NCBI GenBank assembly: GCA_963812375.1
Contig: CAWEUW010000007.1
Coordinates: 560,535-624,534, forward strand
Direction of reading: 5' to 3'
DNA: 64,000 nucleotides
Source of the DNA: an uncultured Acidimicrobiia bacterium
GTDB lineage: Bacteria > Actinomycetota > Acidimicrobiia > Spongiisociales > UBA5794
Shown here: in pieces, positions 10,558-19,123 of the stretch
Layout of the letters: each line of letters opens with the position of its first letter
Numbering within the stretch: position 1 is the stretch's first letter
Position numbers and translations under genes: made by a program
The notes under the pieces: model-generated
Seen by the model: the letters and a program-made list of their open reading frames with translations, nothing else
What the model was told of the DNA's origin: nothing
The model's database searches: none

Positions 10558-11189
10558 TTCCCCTCCCCCGGACGGGGGAGGGGTGCCGCCGTCAGGCGGC
10601 GGGGTGGGGTGCGGGTGTCGATGTCCCTTGCCGGACCCGAACGCGTGGGGGATCGTCACCCCGATCCGAGAATGGTGCGAACCCCGTCGTCCCGACCACA
10701 GAAGGCTTGAACCGAGGACGCCGTCGTTGTAACGCAGCACCATGAACCGCGACGACAGGGAGTGGATCCAGCATCGCGCCGCCGAGCTGCGGCGGGAGAT
10801 GCCCGAAGCCGAAGTCATGCTGTGGAGCCGGCTACGGGGGAGGGCGCTCGGTTACCGGTTCCGACGCCAGTACGTGGTGGGCAGGAGGATCATCGACTTC
10901 TATTGCCCGCAGAGACGGCTCGCAATTGAGGTCGATGGTCCGACTCACGATCCGTCCCGTGATGAGAGAGGCGACGCCTGGCTCGCGAGCAAAGGGATCC
11001 GGGTACTGCGCTTCGCCAACGACGATGTCTATCACAATCTCGACACCGTCCTCGGCGACATCGCTGTCGCTCTGCTCACACAGCCGGGGAAACGTCCCCG
11101 CAACCGAAGGGTCCGGTAAGACACCGCCACTTCACACACCCCACCCCGGCCACTACGTGGCCACCCCTCCCCCATCCGGGGGAGGGGAA
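10558..11189 (+). mobile_element. DUF559 cassette 1: endonuclease gene flanked by composite hairpin inverted repeats
   Basis: Left end 10558-10611 TTCCCCTCCCCC-GGAC-GGGGGAGGGG-T-GCCGCC-GTCA-GGCGGC-GGGGTGGGGTG. Right end 11137-11189 reverse-complements to TTCCCCTCCCCC-GGAT-GGGGGAGGGG-T-GGCCAC-GTA-GTGGCC-GGGGTGGGGTG. Same architecture at 54160-54760. Mobility is inferred, not shown. Confidence 0.65.
10742..11119 (+). CDS. DUF559 / Vsr-like PD-(D/E)XK endonuclease domain protein
   Basis: RAAELRREMPEAEVMLWSRLR...FRRQY...IDFYC...LAIEVDGPTH...DAWLASKGIRVLRF.N is the DUF559 family pattern. Confidence 0.9.
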   Translation: MNRDDREWIQHRAAELRREMPEAEVMLWSRLRGRALGYRFRRQYVVGRRIIDFYCPQRRLAIEVDGPTHDPSRDERGDAWLASKGIRVLRFANDDVYHNLDTVLGDIAVALLTQPGKRPRNRRVR

Positions 11190-11262
11190 CCTCGCGGGCA
11201 CTCCGTGGCCGCTGCTTCTCCATCCGGGGGTGGGGAACCTCGCGGGCAGTCCGTGGCCGCTG
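11173..11262 (+). repeat. Tandem 42-bp direct repeat (period 48) overlapping the right end of cassette 1
   Basis: CATCCGGGGGAGGGGAACCTCGCGGGCACTCCGTGGCCGCTG (11173-11214) vs CATCCGGGGGTGGGGAACCTCGCGGGCAGTCCGTGGCCGCTG (11221-11262), 2 mismatches. Confidence 0.85.
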
Positions 11263-11357
11263 TGAACCGCGAAGGCTCGGCTGCTGTTCCCTAGCAAGGC
11301 TCGGGTGGAATGAGCCAGGCGTTACGCTCGAGGCGGCGTCGGCGACGGGAGCGACCA

Positions 11358-11933
11358 ATGGATGTCTTGGTCAGCGCCTGTCTCGGGTTCGGTCTCGCCG
11401 CAGCCACCGGCCTCAGGGTCTTCATCCCGCTGCTGGCACTCTCGCTTGCCGCCCGCGCCGACGTCGTCACGCTGATCCCGAGCCTCGACTGGATCGACTC
11501 CGGCGGTGCACTCGTGGTGTTTGTCGTGGCGGCCGCCGTCGAGGTGGGCAGCTACCTGATCCCGGTGGTGGACAACCTGCTCGACACCGTTGCCACGCCG
11601 GCTGCCGCGGTGGCGGGGACCATCGTCATGGCCTCGGTCCTCGTCGATATCGACCCGCTGTGGGCGTGGTCGCTGGCGGTCATCGCCGGCGGGGGCGCCG
11701 CCGCCGCCGTTCAGGGCACGACGGTGGTGGCGAGGGCGGCGTCGACGGCGACGACCGCCGGGGCGGTGAACCCGGCGCTGGCGACCGGCGAGGCGGTCGG
11801 TTCGGCAGGGCTGTCGCTGCTGTCGATCGCCATCCCCGTCCTGGCGGCCATGGCGGTCATCGGGGTGCTCGCCTTCGCCGCCTGGAAGGTGCCGGGGTTG
11901 TACCGCCGGCTGTTTGGCAGCCGGGCGGCCTGA
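11358..11933 (+). CDS. DUF4126 family membrane protein
   Basis: GFGLAAATGLRVFIPLL, E...Y.IPVVDNLLDTVATPAA, ARAASTATTAG..NP..AT.E; hydrophobic helices. Confidence 0.8.
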   Translation: MDVLVSACLGFGLAAATGLRVFIPLLALSLAARADVVTLIPSLDWIDSGGALVVFVVAAAVEVGSYLIPVVDNLLDTVATPAAAVAGTIVMASVLVDIDPLWAWSLAVIAGGGAAAAVQGTTVVARAASTATTAGAVNPALATGEAVGSAGLSLLSIAIPVLAAMAVIGVLAFAAWKVPGLYRRLFGSRAA

Positions 11934-12002
11934 ACCCGCACCGTCCGACCCGGCGGACATCCGAGCCCATACTGCCGGGGCACCCGCTCGGCCGGAGGAA
12001 AC

Positions 12003-12446
12003 GTGCAGCCAGCGAAACCAACGATCCTCTTTCTGTGCACACACAACGCGGGCCGGTCCCAGATGGCGGCCGGCTGGATGCGCCACCTCGCCGGCGACCG
12101 TGTCGACGTGCTCTCCGGCGGATCGACGCCCGCCGAGCAGGTCAACCCGGCGGCGGTGGAGGCGATGGCGGAAGCCGGGGTCGACATCAGCCGTGAGCAT
12201 CCCAAACCGTGGACCGAACGTTCGCTCGGAATCGCCGACGTGGTGGTGACGATGGGTTGCGGCGACGCCTGCCCGGTGTTGCCGGGCAAGCGCTATGTCG
12301 ACTGGGAGCTCGACGACCCTGCCGGTCTGTCGACGGCGGAGGTCCGCCCGATCCGCGACGAGGTCGGACGGCGGGTGCGAGCGCTGCTCGAGGATCTCGG
12401 CGTCGAGTCGGTCGAGCTCGATCCTGGGCTGGGCGACGGCGTTTGA
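12003..12446 (+). CDS. arsC: Arsenate reductase ArsC (LMW PTPase fold)
   Basis: LFLCTHNAGRSQMA active-site loop, TMGCGDACP, DWELDDP. Confidence 0.9.
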   Translation: MQPAKPTILFLCTHNAGRSQMAAGWMRHLAGDRVDVLSGGSTPAEQVNPAAVEAMAEAGVDISREHPKPWTERSLGIADVVVTMGCGDACPVLPGKRYVDWELDDPAGLSTAEVRPIRDEVGRRVRALLEDLGVESVELDPGLGDGV

Positions 12447-12450
12447 CCGG

Positions 12451-13159
12451 TCAGCCGGCGGGCTCGGGCAGCCGTGCCCTCACGATGGCGTTGTGCATGC
12501 CGTCGGCCACGGGAGAGGTGAGGGCGACGGTGACGTCGACGAACCCGGCGGCGGCAAGGCCCCGGCGGTACTCGGACACCGACAGAGCGCCAGCGATGCA
12601 CCCGGCCCACTCGCCTCGCTCGGCGCGCTGCTCGGGGGAGAGATGGTCGTCGGCCACGATGTCGCTGACCCCTATCCGACCGCCCGGACGGAGCACCCGG
12701 GCCATCTCGGCGAAGACCGCCGGCTTGTCGGTCGACAGGTTGATCACGCAATTCGAGATGACGACGTCGACCGAACCGGAAGGGAGCGGGACGTCCTCGA
12801 TCCGTCCCAGCAGGAACCGGACGTTGTCCACGGCTTCGGCGGCGGCGTTGCGCCGAGCCAGTTCGAGCATCTCCGGGGTCATGTCGAGACCGATGGCGAC
12901 GCCGCCCGGTGCGACCCGCCGTGCCGACAGGATCACGTCGATACCGCCTCCCGAACCGAGGTCGAGCACGGTCTCCCCGGGCAACAGGTCTGCCACCGCA
13001 GTCGGGTTCCCGCAGCCCAGGCTCATCGTCGCCAGTGCACCCGCCTCGACGTAGTCGTCGGCGCCGCAGGTGGCTCCGCCGCAGCAGCCGGTCTCGCCGT
13101 CGAGCATCTGCAGTGCTGCACTGCGGTAGCGGTCGGCAACTCTCTCGTTCGGTGTCCAT
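12451..13159 (-). CDS. arsM: Arsenite S-adenosylmethionine methyltransferase (frameshift near 13140)
   Basis: CCGG...SLGCGNPTAVADL.PGETVLDLGSGGGIDV, GLDMTPEML, SNCVINLS.DK, CIAGAL; ATG overlaps arsR stop (TGATG). Confidence 0.9.
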
Positions 13160-13482
13160 CAGCATGCGCTCCATTCAGCAGTGGTGCGGGCCATGCCCAT
13201 CACCAATTCGGCAGCGGTCGGGAAACATTCGAGGCATCGCTCGTTGACTCGGTACAGGTTGGATGTGCCCTGCTCCTCGACGAGCACGAAGCCCACATCG
13301 GCCAGGTGCCTGAGGTGATGCGAAACCGTCGACTGGCCGACATCGAGCCTGTCGACGATCTCGCCGACCGACATCGGCCGGTCCTCGGTGGCGAGCAGGT
13401 TGAGCACCAGGATCCGGCTCGGGTCGCTCAGCGCCCGGAACCAGGTCGCCCAGGTGGCGGCGGCATCACGGGTCACATTCAT
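13159..13482 (-). CDS. arsR: ArsR/SmtB family repressor
   Basis: FRALSDPSRILVL...VGEI...QSTVSHHLRHL..GFV winged helix; C-terminal CLEC; directly upstream of arsM. Confidence 0.85.
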   Translation of the reverse strand: MNVTRDAAATWATWFRALSDPSRILVLNLLATEDRPMSVGEIVDRLDVGQSTVSHHLRHLADVGFVLVEEQGTSNLYRVNERCLECFPTAAELVMGMARTTAEWSAC

Positions 13483-13487
13483 CGATC

Positions 13488-13503
13488 ATCGACGATAGTC
13501 GAT
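13488..13503. promoter_or_regulatory. ArsR operator palindrome
   Basis: Perfect ATCGAC-GATA-GTCGAT inverted repeat 6 nt upstream of the arsR ATG. Confidence 0.7.
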
Positions 13504-13566
13504 AAAGCTGGACCGGTCAACTCCGGTCGATGCGTCGTGCGAATGCCGACCTGAACCAGCTGCTGA

Positions 13567-13906
13567 CTAGCGGCGGGCGCGGAACGCCCCGGCGCCGCCG
13601 CCGCCGAAGAGGATCCCGGCGCCGATGACGAACCCGAAGTCGTACCAGTTCCCGTTGTTGTGCACCTCGTAGAAGTTCACGTCATCGGTGAACAGCGAGA
13701 TGACGAACGTGACCGGGGCGATGAAGCCCTGCCACAGACCGAGCCAGAAACCGGCGATCTCGCCGCTGGCACTGGGGACACCGACGTCCGGGTTGGGACC
13801 GGGGGCGCAGGCCGCCAGCACCAAGGCGAGAAGTCATGACAGCCAGCACGCGGCCGGCGATCAGTCGTCTTCTGGCCTGGGCAGCACTCGGTGCGGGGGT
13901 CGCCAT
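13567..13906 (-). CDS. Small conserved membrane lipoprotein, unknown function (frameshift near 13830)
   Basis: Lipobox-like LAAC, then AGFWLGLWQGFIAPVTFVISLF...YEVHNNGNWYDFGF, a motif I recognise from conserved hypothetical proteins. Confidence 0.65.
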
Positions 13907-13968
13907 GACCCGACCTTAGCGGCGGCGACCACGGCATGTCCGGCGAACTGCACGGATTGGCCCGCTAT

Positions 13969-15216
13969 TCACGCCGCCGTCGAGGCCCCGAGGTGGGTGA
14001 CGAGCAGGTCGGTCAGGTCGCCGGCGTCGTCCTCGGCGCCGTGGATGAAGGTCGACTTGCGGCGCCGCAGCAGGTTCAGCCCGATGGCGTACAGGCCGGG
14101 GGCGTCGGTGACGACGCCGCCGTCGTGGCGGAGACGCCCCCGGCGGTCGAGCACGGGGACGTGGAGCCATGAATAGTCGGGACGGAACCCGGTGGCCCAG
14201 AAGATGGTCGAGATGGAGCCATCGGTCAGGTCCATCGACAGCGGCGGCGACTCGGCGACCCGGGTCGGCTCGGGCCGGTGCGGAGGATCGACTTCGCCGT
14301 CGATGCCGTGGTCGCCGGCCCATTCGTCGAAGGTGTCGAGCAGGCGACCCAGCTTGAGGTCGGCCAGGTTGCACTTGTTGCGCAGCGACCCGGAGAACAG
14401 CGCCGTGCCGCCGTTGACGGCGGCCAGCCGGCCGATGAGCCGCACCCCGCTGGTCGGTGAGGGCGTTGAGGTCGAGGGTGACGTGCTCCGGGCTCCCGAC
14501 GAGTTGCGGCGACGACAGGTGCCGGGCGCGCACGATGTCGTCGACCTCGTCGTGGCCCTCGTCGAGGATCCCGGTCCGGTCCAGCCACCACATGACGTCG
14601 CGGCCGCGGTAGGTCCGGGGCATCCTGACGTGCTCTCCGACCGCCAAGGTCACCGGCCGGCCGGAGCGGTGGATCTCGTCGGCGACCTGGATCCCGGTGG
14701 CCGATGCCCCCACCACCAGCACCCCGCCTTCGGGGAGCTGGCCGGGATTCCGATACTGGAGAGGGGTCACCATGGCGATCCCATCGGGAATCTCGGCGGC
14801 GAGGACTGGGCACTCTGGCCAGGGTGAAGCCGCCGCTGGCCAGCATCACCGTCGGGGCTTCCCAGGTCCCCTGGTCGGTCACCACCTCGTACCCGGCCGG
14901 GCCCGGGTCGCACCGAGGACACGGTGGTGCGGGTCCGCACCGGTGCCTGCGAAACGGCGGCGTACCGGTCGATGAAACCGATCACTTCGGGCATGGTCAT
15001 GAACCCGTCGGGGTCGTCGCCGTCGTAGTCGAGGCCGGGCAGCCGGCTCTGCCAGTTCGGTGTCAACAACCGCAGCGAGTCCCAGCGCTGGGTCTTCCAC
15101 GAGTTGGCCACCTCCCCGCGCTCGAGGACCACGTGGTCGATCGAGCGCCTGGTGAGGAAATGGCTGACCGCCAGGCCGGCGTGACCGGCCCCGATCACCA
15201 CCGTCGTGGTGCGCAT
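13969..15216 (-). CDS. NAD(P)/FAD-dependent oxidoreductase (flavin monooxygenase-like), frameshifted
   Basis: VVIGAGHAGLA FAD motif, ERGEVANSW...RWDSLRLLTPNW, second motif VLVVGASATGIQ, WATGFRPDYSWL. Confidence 0.85.
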
Positions 15217-15224
15217 CGCTGAGG

Positions 15225-15788
15225 TCAGTTGACCTCGACGGTGACGTTGGTGGGGTTGGTGACGGCGTCGAACACCGCCGAGCGCTTCTGCGACTGGGCG
15301 ACCAGGCCCTCGATCTCCTCGGGGGTGGCGTCGGCGTCGATGTCGTAGTGGACCCGGATCCCGGTGAACCCGTTGCGGACCTCCGGATCCCCACCGAGGA
15401 TGCCGAGGACGTCCATGTCGCCCTCGATCGTCGCCTTCACCGATCGCAGCTGGATGTCCCGGTTCTGGGCGACGGCGGCGATCCCGGCGGTCAGGCAACT
15501 GGCCAGGCCCACCAGCACGTACTCCACCGGGGTGGGGCCGTTGTCCTCGGAGGCGAACACCTCGGGATGGTCGGCATCGAAGGTGGAGGCTGTCCGGTGG
15601 GCCTGCTCGCCGCCCAGGCCGAAGAAGCTGTTCACCGTCGACTGGCTGTGCGTGCCGTTCAGCCACTCGGTGCTCGCCCGCCAGGTGAACTGTGCCGCCT
15701 CGGGGGCGTCGGTGAGGGCGCTCCGGGCGTCGAGGAGCGCCTGTACGTTGACTCCGTTGTCACATACCGGGGTGTCGGTAGTCGTCAT
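15225..15788 (-). CDS. OsmC/Ohr family protein
   Basis: PTPVEYVLVGLASCLTAGIAAVA, IEGDMD..GILG....RNGF, SAVFD..TNPT.V.V. Confidence 0.85.
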   Translation of the reverse strand: MTTTDTPVCDNGVNVQALLDARSALTDAPEAAQFTWRASTEWLNGTHSQSTVNSFFGLGGEQAHRTASTFDADHPEVFASEDNGPTPVEYVLVGLASCLTAGIAAVAQNRDIQLRSVKATIEGDMDVLGILGGDPEVRNGFTGIRVHYDIDADATPEEIEGLVAQSQKRSAVFDAVTNPTNVTVEVN

Positions 15789-16117
15789 TGCTTCTCCCTC
15801 TGTCTGTCGTAGTCGGTGCCGCCCGCGTCGGTGCGAGCGGGAGAACGCCACGGATCGCTCTCGGGCGGCCGGCGTTCGCTACGAGCTGTTGGCAAGGCTC
15901 TGCGGTGCCACCCGAGAGCACGGACAGGACGGCGATGCGGCTCCAGTGGGCGGCGGGGACGCATCTTGGCGGGTCATCCTGCCAAGTGATTCGTCCACCG
16001 GGGTTCTCTCCATCGCCGACGTCCGATATGGAAGTAGACCAGACGGCACCCGGGCCGCGTCAAAGCTGGAGTGGTCGATGCCTCCCGACGCCACCACGGA
16101 TTCGCCGCCCCAGACGC

Positions 16118-18256
16118 TCACCTCGGGTCGAGCCAGGCAAGCAGTCTCTCGCCGACGTGCGGGTTGGCGAAGTAACCCGAGTGGTCGACGCCGTCGGTGC
16201 CGCGGAGCTCGTGCGGCTCGGCGATGGGGAACCGGCTCGACCCGTTGGCGGCAAAGGTCCCGGCGGTGGGCACCACCAGGTCGTTCGGCTCGTGGAAGAC
16301 GCCGTCGACGAGGCGGTTGACGGCGAGCCTGCGCCAGCCGGCCACCTGCGGCTCGTAGTCGGCGGTCACCGCGTGGTACCGGGCGGGAGGCAGCGTCCCG
16401 GCGTTCAGCCAGCGGAGGAACTCGCCGCCGGGGCGCATCGCCCGCAACCCGTCGAGGCCGGCCACGGCGCCCACCGCCACCTGCTTGACCACCGTGATGA
16501 CGCCCTCGAAGACGTCGACGACGTGGGGCCCGGGGAGGAATTGGAGCATGTTGGTGTAGCTGTCGATCAGGTCGCCGACGTACTCGGGCTCGGCGAGGAC
16601 CGTCCCGGCGTTGGGCGACGCCACGAACACGATTCCGCCGACCGTGACCGGGCGTCGACGACCGGCCATGGCGCCGGCCTTCTCGGCGAGGATCCGGCTC
16701 ACCAGCCCGCCCCGTGAGTGGCTGACGATGTCGACATCGAGACCGACGCCGGCGGGGAGGTGGTCGTAGAACCACTCGACGTTGCGCCTCGGATCGTCGC
16801 TGAGGGTGAAGTGGTCGAAGGCGAACACTCGCCCGTCGTAGCGCCGGTGGAGCTCGCCGAGGAGCTCCTCGGGCATCGCTCCGAAGGCGGTGTGGGCCCG
16901 GGAGAACGTGCCGTGGACGAAGAGGAGCGACCGGCCGGCGGCGAGGCGCCCCCAATCCGGCTCGGGGGCGTCGTCGACGGTGTAGTCGTCCGGGGTGAAC
17001 GCCCGGAAGCGGTACGGACGGCGCTTCGCCTCCCAGGCGGCGGCGAACCGCTCGCCCACCTTGCCGAAGACGGGATCGAGCAGTGGGAAGGCGATCGAGG
17101 TGGCCACCTTTCCGCCGACCACCCTGACCAGTCCCCGGCCGATGGTCACCGCCTCGGTCGGGGGGACGAAGCGAGGGATGCGGTAGGTGCAGGTGGCTTG
17201 GTCGGCGGCGACCTGGAGCTGCCCGGTCGCCGTCTGCGGGAAGGCCCAGGTCACGACTCCGCTCTCGTCGGAGGCGAGCACGACCTGCCCGGACCCGGCC
17301 GGTGGCCCGGGCACCTCGATCTGCACACCGGGATCGCCCCGCGGCGTCGGCACGTCGGATGCCGCTTGCGGGGACTCGACGGTCTGGGAGATCTCGACCA
17401 CCCGCTCGGCTCGCATGTGCTGGACGGCCATCGCCCTCCGGGCGGCGTCGGTCCATCCCGCCACCCGGACGAGCACCTCGTCCGTGCCCTCGTGCACCTC
17501 GGCTTCGCCGTCGAGCCCGGGGCTCCGCACCGTGACCCGGTCGACCCGTACCGGCTTGCCGTCGGGGCGGAGCCGGCCGGGCACCATCACCGGGCCGGCG
17601 GGACGGCCGGCCAGCCAGGTGACCAGCAGGCCGAGCCCGACGGCGCCGGCGGCGGTCTGCGCGATCGGGCTGGTCAGCGGGTTGCCGGTGATGGCCACGT
17701 AACCCTCGCCGGAGCAGACCCCGTCGATCGAGCCGCCCAGGTGGTAGATCCCGGGTGAGCCGGCCAGCCCGTCCAGCCCTCCCTCGTTCAGCATGTGCGT
17801 CACGGTCGGCGACCCCTCCGATACCGGTCCCTCGTGGTAGAGAACGGGGATGCCGCCCATCTCCACCCAGACACGACCGGTGGCGCCGGGTGCCTCGGCG
17901 AACACCTCGAACTCGATGGTGTCGTCGACGTCGGGGTCCACTACGAAAGGCGACCTCGGCGAGGTGTCGGCGAGCAGCGCCGAACCGGAGCCCGTGGACA
18001 CCTCGACGACGCACACCGGCTCCTCCGACCCGGCCAGGGCCGGTAGGGCGAGCAGGACGAGTGCAGCCGTCACCCGACGGGAACGCCGGCTGCGCCGACC
18101 AGCCCACGATCCGCTGATCACCGCAGCGGCGAGCGGGGCACCGTAGGCCAGGCCGGGATCGAGCGGCCACACCCCGTACTGCTGGATGAGGACGGCGACT
18201 CCGGCTCCCCAGAGGGCGCCGCCGGCAGCGCCGATGAGCGAGCGACCGAGCCTCAT
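16118..18256 (-). CDS. Membrane-anchored multidomain protein with C-terminal alpha/beta-hydrolase (lipase-like) domain
   Basis: Uninterrupted 712-aa ORF from MRLGRSLIG. N-terminal hydrophobic helices, a beta-rich region, a third helix, then LFVHGTFS, SHSRGG nucleophile, VFVASPNAGT, NDLVVP and DHSGYF. Confidence 0.75.
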   Translation of the reverse strand: MRLGRSLIGAAGGALWGAGVAVLIQQYGVWPLDPGLAYGAPLAAAVISGSWAGRRSRRSRRVTAALVLLALPALAGSEEPVCVVEVSTGSGSALLADTSPRSPFVVDPDVDDTIEFEVFAEAPGATGRVWVEMGGIPVLYHEGPVSEGSPTVTHMLNEGGLDGLAGSPGIYHLGGSIDGVCSGEGYVAITGNPLTSPIAQTAAGAVGLGLLVTWLAGRPAGPVMVPGRLRPDGKPVRVDRVTVRSPGLDGEAEVHEGTDEVLVRVAGWTDAARRAMAVQHMRAERVVEISQTVESPQAASDVPTPRGDPGVQIEVPGPPAGSGQVVLASDESGVVTWAFPQTATGQLQVAADQATCTYRIPRFVPPTEAVTIGRGLVRVVGGKVATSIAFPLLDPVFGKVGERFAAAWEAKRRPYRFRAFTPDDYTVDDAPEPDWGRLAAGRSLLFVHGTFSRAHTAFGAMPEELLGELHRRYDGRVFAFDHFTLSDDPRRNVEWFYDHLPAGVGLDVDIVSHSRGGLVSRILAEKAGAMAGRRRPVTVGGIVFVASPNAGTVLAEPEYVGDLIDSYTNMLQFLPGPHVVDVFEGVITVVKQVAVGAVAGLDGLRAMRPGGEFLRWLNAGTLPPARYHAVTADYEPQVAGWRRLAVNRLVDGVFHEPNDLVVPTAGTFAANGSSRFPIAEPHELRGTDGVDHSGYFANPHVGERLLAWLDPR

Positions 18257-18433
18257 GACGGTTCCTCCACCGGTAGGGGCCTGGCCTCCACTGCCCACGA
18301 TACGCGTTGACTGGACCGCCTCGCCCGGTGCCCGATCGTGTCGTACCGGCTCGATACGGTGACCGGCGGTGGCGATCGGGCCGGGAGCGTGTGGCTGAGG
18401 CGATTGGACGGGAGGAGTACCGTGGATGGGACG

Positions 18434-18970
18434 ATGGCCACCCTGCAGGACGGCGAGCGGGTCCCGATGCCCTGGGACCAGTACGAGGCGCTGGGCGAGG
18501 ACGTCCGCGGCGAATACGTCGACGGGAGCTTCGTGGTGAGCCCTCTGCCCACCCTGCCGCATCAGACGATCTGCCTCGAACTGGCGATCCTGTTCAAGGG
18601 CGCACTGCCCCCCGGGACCAAGGTCGCCCAGTCCTGGGGTTGGAAGCCCGGACCCGACGAGTTCGGGCCGGACGTGATGGTCTTCGACGACAACGGTGAG
18701 GAGCGCCGCTACACGGGTGTTCCCCATCTCGCCGTCGAGGTACTGTCGACCGACCGGTCCGCCGACACCGTACGCAAGCTGCGGAAGTACGCCGAGGCGG
18801 GTCTACCCCGCTACTGGATCATCGATCCGGACGGGCCGGAGCTGGTGGTGTTCGAGCGCACCGACGCCGGGGCGCTGGTGGAGACTGCCCGCTACCGCGG
18901 CGCCGAGCCCGCCGACCTCGACATCGGGCCCGTCCGGGTGTCGTTCACCCCCGCCGAGCTCCTCGGATGA
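18434..18970 (+). CDS. Uma2 (DUF820) family PD-(D/E)XK endonuclease
   Basis: EYVDG...SP.P...HQ, PDVMV, AVEVLS...D...KLRKYAEAGLPRYWIIDP. Confidence 0.9.
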   Translation: MATLQDGERVPMPWDQYEALGEDVRGEYVDGSFVVSPLPTLPHQTICLELAILFKGALPPGTKVAQSWGWKPGPDEFGPDVMVFDDNGEERRYTGVPHLAVEVLSTDRSADTVRKLRKYAEAGLPRYWIIDPDGPELVVFERTDAGALVETARYRGAEPADLDIGPVRVSFTPAELLG

Positions 18971-19123
18971 CCCGACCGATGGTGCCGACCGGGCCGGTGG
19001 TGGCGCCGGCGCCGCAGGCGAAGGAACGAATGCCGCGCTGAGCGTCGTCTCCCGGCTTCCCGGTGCGCCACCACTACCGTACCGACAGGCCCTTGGCGAC
19101 ACCGAGCGAGACGAGTACGCCCG

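Noticed and set aside
10742-11119. DUF559 as a Vsr mismatch-repair or restriction-modification component
   Set aside because: No DNA methyltransferase next to either copy; the conserved context is the flanking repeats.
11173-11262. Direct repeats as a mini CRISPR array
   Set aside because: Only two units, a 6-nt gap instead of a spacer, no cas genes; the repeat derives from the cassette end.
15965-15987. CTTGGCGGG...CCTGCCAAG hairpin as a riboswitch or ncRNA upstream of osmC
   Set aside because: A single stem with no recognisable riboswitch consensus; could be a terminator or operator but is unsupported.
18434-18970. Uma2 nuclease as a third repeat-flanked cassette or a toxin-antitoxin toxin
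   Set aside because: No C/G-tract hairpin ends around it and no adjacent small antitoxin ORF.
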